Notes: a model not told the origin generated them from the letters alone. DNA of 64,000 nt from Candidatus Nomurabacteria bacterium (GCA_026396015.1 JAPLXP010000003.1:26626-90625), one strand, 5' to 3'; positions 34,103-44,233 are shown, counted from the stretch's first letter. Numbers and translations are program-made.

Positions 34103-35164
34103 TTATAGACTCTCTAGGAAATTGAAAACTTTTTCATTGCCCATCATCTGCTCTACGTATGCACGAGCTCGGATTGGATCCGCATCTTTGTACATATTTA
34201 GTAGTGCATCTACTTCTTTTTGAATTTCTTCATCACTTGGCTTTAGGTTTTCCTTTTCCATTAGGCGGTGGATGATCATCGCTAGCTTTGCACGCTTTTC
34301 TGCTTCTGGTCTCCACTCTGTACGGAGGTCAGCCTCAGTCTTTCCTACTTGCTTTAGATATTCATCAAATTTGAATCCCATTTGAGTCACATCTGCTTCG
34401 AGTCTATATAGGAGCTTGTCTTCCTCACTCACTGTCAGGATCTCTGGGATCTCTGCTTCTGTTTTCTCTAGGAGCTTTTCTATGATAGCTAGGCGACATT
34501 TGTCTTTATTTTCTGTTTCCTTTTCAGTCTTTAGATTTTCTGCAACTTTTGCCTTCAATTCAGCTACATTTTCAAATTTACCGATTGATTTTGCAAATTC
34601 ATCATCTACAGCTGGTAAATCTTTCTCTTCTGGTTCTGGGTGTTCTGCATGTGGTGCGCCTGGGGCATCATCCTTGTGTAGATCCTGGTGTGCACGCATC
34701 TTGCGTAGATCTAGTAATACTTTTTCGATATCTGCCTCTTCTATTACTACTTCTTTCTTGTATTCTTCCTTTGCATTTTCCTCTTTTGCGATCTGTGTAT
34801 AGTCTGGGAGGTTTATCTCTGGTAGGACTGCAGTCTTGATTGTGAATTCAAGGTCATTGCCTCGTGCGATCTTTGTAATACTGATCTCTGGGCGTCCGAT
34901 AGCATCAATCTTCTCCTGTTCTAGCATCTCTGCATATGCAGATGTGATAGCACGCTCTGCCATCTCTTCTAATAGCATCATATCGTTGATATTTTGCTTT
35001 ACCATCTCAGCTGGGACTTTACCTGGGCGAAAACCTGGCAATTCCATGCGAGTTCCAATATGTGCGAGGGCTTTGTCTTCATAAGACATAAAAACAGAGG
35101 CTTCTATTACGCCTTCTATTGCTACTTCACTTTTTTCTAATTTTTTAACTGTTGTTTTAATCAT
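34103..35164 (-). CDS. tig: Trigger factor
   Basis: MIKTTVKKLEKSEVAIEGVIEA...ELPGFRPGKVP. Start at the internal Met. Close to clpP, as in many bacteria. Confidence 0.85.
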   Translation of the reverse strand: MIKTTVKKLEKSEVAIEGVIEASVFMSYEDKALAHIGTRMELPGFRPGKVPAEMVKQNINDMMLLEEMAERAITSAYAEMLEQEKIDAIGRPEISITKIARGNDLEFTIKTAVLPEINLPDYTQIAKEENAKEEYKKEVVIEEADIEKVLLDLRKMRAHQDLHKDDAPGAPHAEHPEPEEKDLPAVDDEFAKSIGKFENVAELKAKVAENLKTEKETENKDKCRLAIIEKLLEKTEAEIPEILTVSEEDKLLYRLEADVTQMGFKFDEYLKQVGKTEADLRTEWRPEAEKRAKLAMIIHRLMEKENLKPSDEEIQKEVDALLNMYKDADPIRARAYVEQMMGNEKVFNFLESL

Positions 35165-35246
35165 ACGTTCCCACAGTCTATATAAATAGAGCCTTTTTGT
35201 CAAAAACAATAAAGCACCCATATTTATATGGGTGCTTTATTGTTTT

Positions 35247-35831
35247 TTAGTCTAATTTTGGGGCGTATTCCTTTTCGTATTTCTCAGTACACTCTTTTAG
35301 GACCTTGATTGCTTCTTCTGGTCCGTAGAATGTCTCTACTACTCCGGTACCTGGTTTCTTTAGGTATTTTATGTTTTCCCAGAAATATTTAGTCTCTGTT
35401 TTAAAATATTCACCTAAATCTTCAACAGTTTTGATGTGGTCAGACCGGCGATCATCAGCGAGTACTGCGATAATCTTGTCATCTACCTCACCACCGTCTA
35501 TGAATTTCATGACACCGATCACACGAGCTTCTACTAGGGATCCTGGTACGAGGGGCTCTGTGATGTTTACGATCTCTACATCTAGTGGATCACCATCATA
35601 ATCCCAAGTCATAGGGATCGCTCCGTATGTGAATGGGTATGCTAGTGTCGAATATCCTACACGATCCAGCTTCAGCTGGCCTGATTCTGTAATCATCTCG
35701 TATTTATTGATGCTACCAGCAGATACTTCGATTATTGTATTGATCACACCTTTTTCTTCGTTTGCAAATGCAGGTAGCACGTGCAATAGATTGTACATGA
35801 ATTTACTAGGTTTTTGATTTATGTTTGCCAT
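35247..35831 (-). CDS. ppa: Inorganic pyrophosphatase
   Basis: DYDGDPLDVEIV and surrounding family-I PPase motifs. Confidence 0.85.
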   Translation of the reverse strand: MANINQKPSKFMYNLLHVLPAFANEEKGVINTIIEVSAGSINKYEMITESGQLKLDRVGYSTLAYPFTYGAIPMTWDYDGDPLDVEIVNITEPLVPGSLVEARVIGVMKFIDGGEVDDKIIAVLADDRRSDHIKTVEDLGEYFKTETKYFWENIKYLKKPGTGVVETFYGPEEAIKVLKECTEKYEKEYAPKLD

Positions 35832-35922
35832 AGAATTAGTTTCTAGTAACTAGGGGCTAGTTGCTAGTGTAATTTATTTATAATTTTTTCTAGTCACTAG
35901 AACCTAGTTACTAGCTTGCTAA
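35832..35922. repeat. CTAG-built palindromic intergenic repeat (family member 1)
   Basis: tagtttctagtaactaggggctagttgctagt ... ctagtcactagaacctagttactagc. Between ppa and nusA. Confidence 0.6.
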
Positions 35923-37107
35923 TTAATTTGTTCCATCATCTACTATTCCATCATCTAGTACATCTTCTGATGCTGTATCACCACTGTCTACTGTCACAGC
36001 TTCTGCACCATTGATATCGATTCTCCATCCTGTGAGTTTTGCTGCAAGGCGTACATTTTGTCCACCCTTGCCTATAGCTAGTGATAGCTGATCTGCGGCT
36101 ACTTCTACTGTAGCCTTGTGATCTGCTTCATTTATAGTCAGACTGAGGACTTTTGCTGGAGATAGGGCACTAGTTACGTATTCACCAGTATCTGCTGACC
36201 ATGGGATGATGTCGATCTTTTCACCGGCAAGCTCACTCATGACTGTAGTCACGCGGATACCTTTTTGACCTACACATGATCCTACTGGATCAATATGCTC
36301 ATCATTTGAATATACTGCGATTTTTGAACGACTTCCAGCTTCGCGGGCGATAGATTTGATCTCTACTGTGCCACCTGCTATTTCTGGAGCCTCAACTGCG
36401 AACAATCCTTCGATAAATTGAGGATGTGTACGAGAAAGCTTTAGATTGATACCTCTTGGAGTCTCTTCGACTGCATATAGATATGCACGGATTCTCTCTC
36501 CACGCTTGTAGAATTCTCCTGGAATTTGCTCTTCTGGGAGCATGATACCTGTCGCACGGTTAAATTCAATATATACGATACCTCTTTCTACTTTTTGTAC
36601 GAAACCATTAATGATTTCTCCTTCTTTTGCACCGTATTCATCGATAATACTTGCTCTCTCTGCTTCACGGATCTTTTGGATTATTACTTGTTTTGCTGTC
36701 TGAGCGGCAATACGTCCATAATCTTCATGTGTCTCAAGGGGGAATATGAGTTCTTCTTCTAGTTGAACGTCACTCTTTATCTTTTTTGCATCTTCGATTA
36801 GGATATGATGCTCTTCGTTAAAGCGTGTACGCTCATCGTCTTCTGCTAGTTCTTCCTCTTCAACGCCTTCAATATTCTTTGGGATGTATACTATTGTCTC
36901 ATCTACTGCGATTTTTACTTGGTAGAAATCCATAGCACCAGTATCCAGGTCAAAGCGATTGCGGATTATCTGGCCCTTCTTACCGTATTCCTTTTTGTAA
37001 GCAGCAGCCAAAGCTTGCTCTATAGCATCGAGAATTTTATCTTTTGGTATTTTTCTCTCAGTCTCGAGTTGTTCGAGTGCTGATTTCATTGTTTTTATGT
37101 CTATCAT
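35923..37107 (-). CDS. nusA: Transcription termination/antitermination factor NusA
   Basis: N-terminal NusA domain, S1, and two KH domains (GQKGIRVTTVMSELAGEKIDII ; IGKGGQNVRLAAKLTGWRIDI). Confidence 0.9.
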   Translation of the reverse strand: MIDIKTMKSALEQLETERKIPKDKILDAIEQALAAAYKKEYGKKGQIIRNRFDLDTGAMDFYQVKIAVDETIVYIPKNIEGVEEEELAEDDERTRFNEEHHILIEDAKKIKSDVQLEEELIFPLETHEDYGRIAAQTAKQVIIQKIREAERASIIDEYGAKEGEIINGFVQKVERGIVYIEFNRATGIMLPEEQIPGEFYKRGERIRAYLYAVEETPRGINLKLSRTHPQFIEGLFAVEAPEIAGGTVEIKSIAREAGSRSKIAVYSNDEHIDPVGSCVGQKGIRVTTVMSELAGEKIDIIPWSADTGEYVTSALSPAKVLSLTINEADHKATVEVAADQLSLAIGKGGQNVRLAAKLTGWRIDINGAEAVTVDSGDTASEDVLDDGIVDDGTN

Positions 37108-37160
37108 ATTAGTTTCTAGGTTTTAGTTTCTAGTTGCTAGCTAAAACTAAAACTCTTTTT
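37108..37160. repeat. CTAG-built palindromic repeat (family member 2) in nusA upstream region
   Basis: ttagtttctaggttttagtttctagttgctagctaaaactaaaac. Confidence 0.55.
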
Positions 37161-37318
37161 ATTAAATTATAATTTTTTTATTTTAAACCAAGCCTGGTTT
37201 AAAATAAATAAAGTCCGGTTCGAGACGGACATTAATAACATCATAATACCAGTTTTTTCACATAAAAGCAATATTTTATTTTGCTCAATGTTTCTATTGA
37301 TGATATAATATTTTTATA

Positions 37319-37609
37319 ATGATTGATTTTAAGAATAAAAATATTTTGGGCAAAATATTAATTGGTTTAGTTATTTTTTCTATTGTTTGTTCTTATTTTG
37401 GTTTTAAATATTACAAAAAAATTGCCGCTCAAAATAGACTTAATAAAAATATCCAACAGATCTCAGATTCAGCCTTGAAAGTTAAGGTTTCAGAAGACCA
37501 AAAACTACAATCTATCAATGAACTATCTAGTCAATCTTCTGAAAAAATATCTCCTGAAGAAGCATCAAAGCGTGAAGCTGAAATTATTAATCAATTAAAT
37601 TCTAAATAA
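37319..37609 (+). CDS. Small membrane-anchored coiled-coil protein
   Basis: TM at ILIGLVIFSIVCSYFGF. Stop overlaps the start of the next gene. Confidence 0.4.
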   Translation: MIDFKNKNILGKILIGLVIFSIVCSYFGFKYYKKIAAQNRLNKNIQQISDSALKVKVSEDQKLQSINELSSQSSEKISPEEASKREAEIINQLNSK

Positions 37610-37610
37610 T

Positions 37611-40187
37611 ATGCGTATTCGTTCTATATTGATGTCACCCTTATTGCTCTCTTTAGTCTTTTTGCTATCTATTTTTATGGGTAGTTTCAAGGTTGAGGCT
37701 GCCTCTGTGTCAAATGATTTGTTTGGAGCGGCATATTCTAATAACATAGGCCCTGTTTCCTTTAATAATTGTGCTAGCTCTGACCCTGCTAGTTGTAGTG
37801 GACAATCTTACAAAGTGACTACTTTTTGGGATTCAAGTAATCCTAATTGGACATATTTAACTGGGTACGCCTGGAGTGATAGTATTGGCTGGATCGCTTT
37901 TTCAAATAGCTATGTGTCTACTTCAGGTTGCCCACCAATTCCTAATTGGTATAGTTGTCAGATTGCCTACAGTACCAATACTGGTGTTATCTCTGGATGG
38001 GGTCGTGCTGTTTCGTATGGTGATGGCTGGGATGGTTGGATAAACTTTAGTGGTGTCACTGTAGGTAGTGCTGGGCCTTCTGGAATCAGAGCCTTGTCTG
38101 GTAATGCTTGGGGTTCAGATATTGTTGGTTCATTGAATATGTCTGGCGTAAATATAAAGGAAACACCACCTACTAGCTCAGTAACATTGGTCGCAAGTCC
38201 TAATCAAGTTGGTCCTGATGGTAGTGGTGCTAGTAATCAAACTACATTGATATGGTCAGGTCAAAATGTGACTAGCTGTACAGCATCAGCTTCTTCTTCA
38301 AGAGGTGATTGGACCGGCCCTCTCGGTACTAGTGGTACAAAAGTTGTTCAAGTTGGCCCAAGTGTTACATATTCTATAGATTGTATAAATAATGTTACCA
38401 ATCAAGTTGCATCAGCTAGTGCTCCTGTGACTACTGGAGTAGCACCTAGTGATGATCTTGATGTAATTTTCCTTAATTCATTTGGTAAAACTATCAATGT
38501 TAGTAGTGTTGGTACTTGGAGTAATACGATCACTGCTATATTGACTAGTCATAGTGGTGCTACGAATGTGTCACTTTTTATAGATCCTAATTCTGGAGGC
38601 CCTAATCCTTCAGAAATTACTGATTTGAGTAATTACAATATAAAAGTGTATAGCTCTTATAATTTTAATGTTTCGGGTCAGTGTAGTGGAAATGTTATTT
38701 TTAGCAGTGCTAATCCTCAATCTTTTTCAATTCCCGCTCGAGAAGTGTATTGTGTTGAAGTTAAATCAAAACTTCCAGTATTGCCACCGACAGGTCCTTA
38801 TGGTAGCTATTACAATTTATTCTTGGTTGCTACCAGTCAAAATGTTACTACACCGGTTAATACTCCATTTGGTGGTAATGGTTTTCAGGTTAAAGTTACA
38901 AATAATACACCAACACTTACTTTTGTTGCTAGTACTACTCCGAGTAGTGGATTGCCTTACACTGGAGGGCCCGTTAGATTAAATTGGGATAGTACAAATA
39001 CCACAGATTGTACTGCAAGCACTAATTGGTCTACTTGGGCCGGTTCGCCTACTTGGGCTGGTGCAGGTATGACACCGAAGAAGCTTGGTGATGTGAAGGG
39101 AACGGCTTCAGGTAACATTACCAACACGGAAACATTTACTATTTCTTGTAATTATATTGGTTCACCAACTCCAATTACAGCCAGCGTTGTCGTAACTGTT
39201 CCTCCTGATCCTGCGTTACCGACTGTTAGTCTGACTGCAAGTCAAACTAAATTTACTGGGTCAATAGGTAAACCTACATTGTCTTGGACTAGTACAAAAG
39301 CTGTGAGTTGTGGTCCTGAAAGTTGGACAAAAAAGACATCTACTAGCGGATCAGAAGTTGTGACTGTTAATACTAGTACTACTTTTAATTTAACTTGTTA
39401 TAACTCATCCAATGGTTCAACTACAGATACAGTAAAAATTACAGTAATTCCAGGTCAGTTGCCAGAAATATATATGTCGGCATCTCCAGATACTCTGGGC
39501 ACAGGTGGAGGAAATACTGTCATATCTTGGGACTCTAGACCATATGGTACTTCTTGTGGTAGTCCAACTATCGGTGGTAGTGTGTCATCTCCTGCATGGA
39601 CAACAAAAACTTCTGCATATGGCTCACAGAGTGGCTCACAGAGTGTTTCTCTGACGACAGGGTCTACTTATGGCATTAGTTGTTCTAATTCCTTTGGAAC
39701 AACAAAATCTTCTATTACTATTCCAGTTGCAAATACTCCACCAGCTCCAGCAGTACTAATGCAGGCCACTTTGATAAATGGAAATAATTATAAAATATCA
39801 TGGAGCAGTACAGACACAACGTATTGCGGAAACCCAACAGTGTCACCTGCATCTTCAAACCCTTGGACTACAAAAGATACAGTTGATGGTTTTGAAAATT
39901 TGTCCATCAGTGTTAATACATCTTTTGGAATTACTTGTTATAACTCAAATGGAGATTCAGCTATAGATAATGTGAGTGTGACTCCTGCTCCACCTATTCT
40001 TCCAAATATAATTATGTCAGCAAAACCCCATTCTCTGGGCACAGGTGGAGGAAATACTGTCATATCTTGGGACTCTAGACCATATGGTACTTCTTGTGGT
40101 AGTCCAACTATCGGTGGTAGTGTGTCATCTCCTGCATGGACAACAAAAACTTCTGCATATGGCTCACAGAGTGACTTATGGCATTAG
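37611..40187 (+). CDS. Giant secreted Ser/Thr/Gly-rich surface protein with tandem Ig-like repeat modules, N-terminal part (likely one gene with 40045..42891)
   Basis: Signal peptide MRIRSILMSPLLLSLVFLLSIFMGSFKVEA. Repeated ~90-aa modules with W(S/D)S...C and F.I.C.N motifs. Ends at a stop created by a 32-bp length difference inside a 540-bp tandem repeat. Confidence 0.6.
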   Translation: MRIRSILMSPLLLSLVFLLSIFMGSFKVEAASVSNDLFGAAYSNNIGPVSFNNCASSDPASCSGQSYKVTTFWDSSNPNWTYLTGYAWSDSIGWIAFSNSYVSTSGCPPIPNWYSCQIAYSTNTGVISGWGRAVSYGDGWDGWINFSGVTVGSAGPSGIRALSGNAWGSDIVGSLNMSGVNIKETPPTSSVTLVASPNQVGPDGSGASNQTTLIWSGQNVTSCTASASSSRGDWTGPLGTSGTKVVQVGPSVTYSIDCINNVTNQVASASAPVTTGVAPSDDLDVIFLNSFGKTINVSSVGTWSNTITAILTSHSGATNVSLFIDPNSGGPNPSEITDLSNYNIKVYSSYNFNVSGQCSGNVIFSSANPQSFSIPAREVYCVEVKSKLPVLPPTGPYGSYYNLFLVATSQNVTTPVNTPFGGNGFQVKVTNNTPTLTFVASTTPSSGLPYTGGPVRLNWDSTNTTDCTASTNWSTWAGSPTWAGAGMTPKKLGDVKGTASGNITNTETFTISCNYIGSPTPITASVVVTVPPDPALPTVSLTASQTKFTGSIGKPTLSWTSTKAVSCGPESWTKKTSTSGSEVVTVNTSTTFNLTCYNSSNGSTTDTVKITVIPGQLPEIYMSASPDTLGTGGGNTVISWDSRPYGTSCGSPTIGGSVSSPAWTTKTSAYGSQSGSQSVSLTTGSTYGISCSNSFGTTKSSITIPVANTPPAPAVLMQATLINGNNYKISWSSTDTTYCGNPTVSPASSNPWTTKDTVDGFENLSISVNTSFGITCYNSNGDSAIDNVSVTPAPPILPNIIMSAKPHSLGTGGGNTVISWDSRPYGTSCGSPTIGGSVSSPAWTTKTSAYGSQSDLWH

Positions 40188-42891
40188 TTGTTCTAATTCC
40201 TTTGGAACAACAATATCTTCTATCCCTATTCCAGTCGATAATACGCCTCTTCCTCCTTCTGTGTCCATGCAAAAAACATTGATAAGTGGAAATAATTATA
40301 AAATATCATGGAGCAGCACAGATACAACATCTTGTGGAAATCCAACATCAATACCTATATTGTTTGGTGCTAATTCTCCGAACCCTTGGACTTCACAAAA
40401 TGCAACTACTGGTTTTGAAAATTTGACTATTGAAACGAATACATCTTTTGGAATTACTTGTTATAACTCAAATGGAGATTCAGCTACAGATAGTGTGAGT
40501 GTGACTCCTACTCCTGTCACACCCGAAATATCTATGTCTATATCTCCGGCAATCTTGCCTGCTGGTGGTGGAAATTTTACTGTTTCTTGGACAAGTGCAA
40601 ATACTGTATCTTGTCATGCCGTGACTCCTGTTGATTGGACTACAAAAACATCAACATCTGGATCTGAGAGTATGACAATCGGTGATAATCCTGGAACTTA
40701 TGACATAGTAATATCTTGTTCTAATGCTATCGGTGTACTGGCAACAGTAAGTAGTAGGATTAGTGTCCCTGAGCGTCCTAAATTGAGTGCAACAATTTCT
40801 GTTACTCCCGTCGTAGGAGGAATGACAGATATATCTTGGAAAAGTGAGGGAACTAATAGTTGTAGCGCCACTTGGACAGAATATCGGGCCACAAAAGGAA
40901 CACAAAGGAATGTGCTGGTTCGTGGGTCAACAGAATTCGGCATTACTTGTTTTAATGGAGAAAAGAGTGTGACAGCTTCGACTATTGTGGTAGTAGGTGG
41001 GGGAGAAGTAACAGTTACCTTGAGTGCTATTCCTGCTTTTTCTGGTGGAGAGGCTACTCTTGTCTGGGAATCTACAGATACTGGACCTGGACCTGTTTCT
41101 TGTTATCAAAATAATTCAAAAGAAAACATTAATTGGAGTTCTTGGGCAGGAGCTACCACTGCTGGTAGTGGTTATGCAAAAGGGGATGTTGCAAAAACAG
41201 ACACATTTAGTATTACTTGTAAGGATGTAAACAGTCCAGATTCTAAGGCATCTACAGCATTTGTTTCTATTTCTGTTGTTAAATCAAATCCTATTTCTGC
41301 TTCATTGTTTGTCTCACCTTCAGCCCTGTCTTCTCCTGGAAATGTTGATTTGAGTTGGAATAGTATTGGAACTGTGAGTTGTACTCCAAGTTGGTCAAGC
41401 TCAAATTTTGCTACTAGTGGCACTGAGACTGTCGCTGTGAATAATAAAACACAATTTACTGTTGTTTGTACTGATGGCAAGAGTAGTTTTACTACTGCTT
41501 CAGCTACTGTATTGGTTGGTGGTTCTTCCTCTGGTATCACATTTAATACAAATATTTATGCCAACCCGAATGTTTTATATGAAGTAGGAACAACAAAAAT
41601 AACATGGAGTTCTGGTTCTAATGCTACTTCTTGTGTAAAAGATTGGATGGATCCTTTAAATACAGCTACTAATGGCACAGATACTTTGAATGTATCAAGT
41701 ACAAAACTTTTTACTGTCACTTGTTCTGATGGTTCGGGAAATGAAGAAAAATCTTCTGTATCTGTCGTTGTAAAGACTCCCTCTAAACTTCGAGTGTCTA
41801 TCTCAGCGACACCTTCTTCTAGTTTTGGTAGTCGCTCTGTAGTGGGTAGTGGTGCTGGTCCTGTGACTCTCGACTGGTCAAGTATAAGTGCTACGGATTG
41901 TACTCCAAGTTGGAATAGTGCTAAAAAGGGTGATTTAAATGGCAGTGAGAGTATTTGGTTGTCTGAAACTACTACTTTTGTTATTGATTGTACTGATGGT
42001 AATCAGAGTGCCTCTGCATCTGTGGTTGTAAATATTGTGGATACTGATAAACCATTGATGAATAGTTCAATCTTTGCAAATCCACCATCCCTACCTTCTG
42101 CAGGTGGAATTGTAAAACTTATTTGGAATAGTATTGGATTATCGGATTGTTCACAGAGGTCTTCCTCAAATTCAGGCGGTAGAGACTGGACTGATTGGTT
42201 GGGGGCAGATCCTTCTACCGGTGGTAGTGCTAAAAAGTTCCTTTCTTGGAGTGATTTGTTTAGTATTACTTGTACTGGTCCAGAGCATTCTGCTACTACC
42301 GGTTTTGTAGTGTCTCCTTCAAGTAATTTTGACTTACATGTTTCATTGTCTACTGATAAGACAGTATTTGACACAAATGGAAAAGCCCTACTTTCTTGGG
42401 ATAGTAATGCAGATAATTGTACTCCAAGTTGGAATAGTTCAAAAAATGGTAAAAAGGATAGTGAACTTGTAAATATTACAGGTACAGAAACATTTACTGT
42501 TGTATGTCATACAAACAAAGCTGAGGCGAGTTCTACTATAACTGTGTTCATGGTTGATTCTGATGGATCATATGTCAATTTAAGTGCTACTCCGAGTACT
42601 CTTTTCGGGAAAGGTAAATCAAAGATTGTATGGAGTGGTAGTAATAATCTTAAGTGTGTAAAGGATTGGATGGATCCAGCAGATACAACATCAGATGGTT
42701 TTGATATCATAGATATTGTACAACAAAAAACATTTAAAATTTCCTGTACAGCAATAGGTAGTATCGTTCCAATCAAGAGATCTGTAACTGTCGGGTATAG
42801 AGAGGACCTAGGTGGTGGAGGAGGCTGCAAGGGGTGGTGTCCTATTTCTACTGGTTCTGCTATTCATAAATCAAAATACAAAGAAAGATAA
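40045..42891 (+). CDS. Giant secreted Ig-repeat surface protein, C-terminal part (continuation in +1 frame)
   Basis: Same module architecture repeated about 12 more times. First 133 nt are identical to 39493..39625 in the upstream ORF. C-terminus GGGGGCKGWCPISTG. Confidence 0.6.
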   Translation: MEEILSYLGTLDHMVLLVVVQLSVVVCHLLHGQQKLLHMAHRVTYGISCSNSFGTTISSIPIPVDNTPLPPSVSMQKTLISGNNYKISWSSTDTTSCGNPTSIPILFGANSPNPWTSQNATTGFENLTIETNTSFGITCYNSNGDSATDSVSVTPTPVTPEISMSISPAILPAGGGNFTVSWTSANTVSCHAVTPVDWTTKTSTSGSESMTIGDNPGTYDIVISCSNAIGVLATVSSRISVPERPKLSATISVTPVVGGMTDISWKSEGTNSCSATWTEYRATKGTQRNVLVRGSTEFGITCFNGEKSVTASTIVVVGGGEVTVTLSAIPAFSGGEATLVWESTDTGPGPVSCYQNNSKENINWSSWAGATTAGSGYAKGDVAKTDTFSITCKDVNSPDSKASTAFVSISVVKSNPISASLFVSPSALSSPGNVDLSWNSIGTVSCTPSWSSSNFATSGTETVAVNNKTQFTVVCTDGKSSFTTASATVLVGGSSSGITFNTNIYANPNVLYEVGTTKITWSSGSNATSCVKDWMDPLNTATNGTDTLNVSSTKLFTVTCSDGSGNEEKSSVSVVVKTPSKLRVSISATPSSSFGSRSVVGSGAGPVTLDWSSISATDCTPSWNSAKKGDLNGSESIWLSETTTFVIDCTDGNQSASASVVVNIVDTDKPLMNSSIFANPPSLPSAGGIVKLIWNSIGLSDCSQRSSSNSGGRDWTDWLGADPSTGGSAKKFLSWSDLFSITCTGPEHSATTGFVVSPSSNFDLHVSLSTDKTVFDTNGKALLSWDSNADNCTPSWNSSKNGKKDSELVNITGTETFTVVCHTNKAEASSTITVFMVDSDGSYVNLSATPSTLFGKGKSKIVWSGSNNLKCVKDWMDPADTTSDGFDIIDIVQQKTFKISCTAIGSIVPIKRSVTVGYREDLGGGGGCKGWCPISTGSAIHKSKYKER

Positions 42892-42905
42892 TATATTAAA
42901 TAAAT

Positions 42906-43442
42906 ATGAAAGAAAATAATAAAAAAAATAATATAGAAGACAATAATTATAATACTCGAGAATCTCTAGTAGTAATTCTAGTGGGGATTCTTTTCTTTGG
43001 AAATGTTATATTTGCGGAACCTTCTTCTACTCCACCATCTGGTAATCCTGATATCCCAATCAATGCACTTGCATTGCCTCAGTATAAAGAGGGTGAGGCT
43101 ACAAATGGTTATGTAAATAGAGCACTCGGGGTAGGGTATACTCCAGGTTCATTGCCTGTAGGTGTTACACTTGGTGTTTTTGGTCAAATGAAAATTGGAA
43201 CACTCTCTGGGACATCTGATGGTATGTCTGTATTTGGGGATATGAGAGATATTAATACTACGGTTTTGTGTCAGACTAGTCATACTTATAGTAGTCACTC
43301 AACACCTTGTGGGGCTGCGGGCACCAATAATACTAGTGATGGAAATGTAATTGTTACAAGTTTGAGCGGAAGTGGCTCGAGTACTTCTGTGTGTGTGCAG
43401 CTAGATAATGAAAATAGAAAACAATTAGTACGTTGTCCATAA
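42906..43442 (+). CDS. Small membrane-anchored fibre-like protein, paralog 1
   Basis: N-terminal hydrophobic anchor. Shared ALGVGYTPG...VTLGVFGQMKIGT motif. Ends LVRCP. Confidence 0.5.
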   Translation: MKENNKKNNIEDNNYNTRESLVVILVGILFFGNVIFAEPSSTPPSGNPDIPINALALPQYKEGEATNGYVNRALGVGYTPGSLPVGVTLGVFGQMKIGTLSGTSDGMSVFGDMRDINTTVLCQTSHTYSSHSTPCGAAGTNNTSDGNVIVTSLSGSGSSTSVCVQLDNENRKQLVRCP

Positions 43443-43447
43443 AATAT

Positions 43448-43807
43448 ATGTCAAAATCTTTAAAAAAATCACTATATACAATATTATTAGGCCTTGGTGT
43501 CGCATGGGTGTCTTCATTGGCTCCAGTTGTTTTTGGTTTTAATTACACTCCTATATACAAGAATAATCAAGTTCAAGAAAAATTCGGCTCTCTTGCAATT
43601 GGTAAAAATTCAAACCCTCTACCTTCAGTAAAACTAGAAGTTCCCGGGATTGTTGTTGCTAATGGATTTATCTCTAGTGGGGCAGCCGGAGTGAATATTT
43701 ATGGAAATCTTCAGGTTAAAAGGTTATTTTTAGATAATTTAACTGCTACTTCAACTCCGAGTCCTGTGTGTTCTGATACTAACGGTAATTTGATTAATTG
43801 TCTATAA
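43448..43807 (+). CDS. Small membrane-anchored fibre-like protein, paralog 2
   Basis: Anchor LYTILLGLGVAWVSSLAPVVFG. LAIGKNSNPLPSVKLEVPGIVVANGFISSG. C-terminal Cys pair VCSDTNGNLINCL. Confidence 0.5.
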   Translation: MSKSLKKSLYTILLGLGVAWVSSLAPVVFGFNYTPIYKNNQVQEKFGSLAIGKNSNPLPSVKLEVPGIVVANGFISSGAAGVNIYGNLQVKRLFLDNLTATSTPSPVCSDTNGNLINCL

Positions 43808-43816
43808 TTTAAATTT

Positions 43817-44233
43817 ATGATTAAAATTTTAAGAAACAAAAAGATATTTCCAGCAACCATTATTTTATTAGGATTTTTATTGTTCGCGAGTGTCACATAC
43901 AGTTATACTGCTTATAATGCTAGTTGTTCTGTTGCTGGTTGTAATTTAGGGCCAATAAATGAAGGCGATCAGCCTCAGTATAAAATCGGACCATTGGCAC
44001 TAGGAAAGGCGTCCGATCCAGTTTCCGGTGCTAGTTTGGATGTTTCAGGGACAATAAATGTTTCTAGTTTGTTGTCTTTTGGTAACATTACAGTAAATAA
44101 CCCCTCAGACAATTCTCTTGGTAATTATAGTGCTAGTAATATGCAGATTGATAATTTTTACAATTCTGGTGCTATTAAACGCCCAGTGTGTACAGATCAA
44201 AATGGTAAAATATCTATCTGTTCTTCAAATTAA
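43817..44233 (+). CDS. Small membrane-anchored fibre-like protein, paralog 3
   Basis: Anchor ATIILLGFLLFASV. LALGKASDPVSGASLDVSGTINVSS. C-terminal VCTDQNGKISICSSN. Confidence 0.5.
   Translation: MIKILRNKKIFPATIILLGFLLFASVTYSYTAYNASCSVAGCNLGPINEGDQPQYKIGPLALGKASDPVSGASLDVSGTINVSSLLSFGNITVNNPSDNSLGNYSASNMQIDNFYNSGAIKRPVCTDQNGKISICSSN

Noticed and set aside
40651-42830. Several 60-123-aa minus-strand ORFs inside the giant adhesin gene
   Set aside because: They are embedded antisense in a long repeat-rich coding region and have no independent signals.
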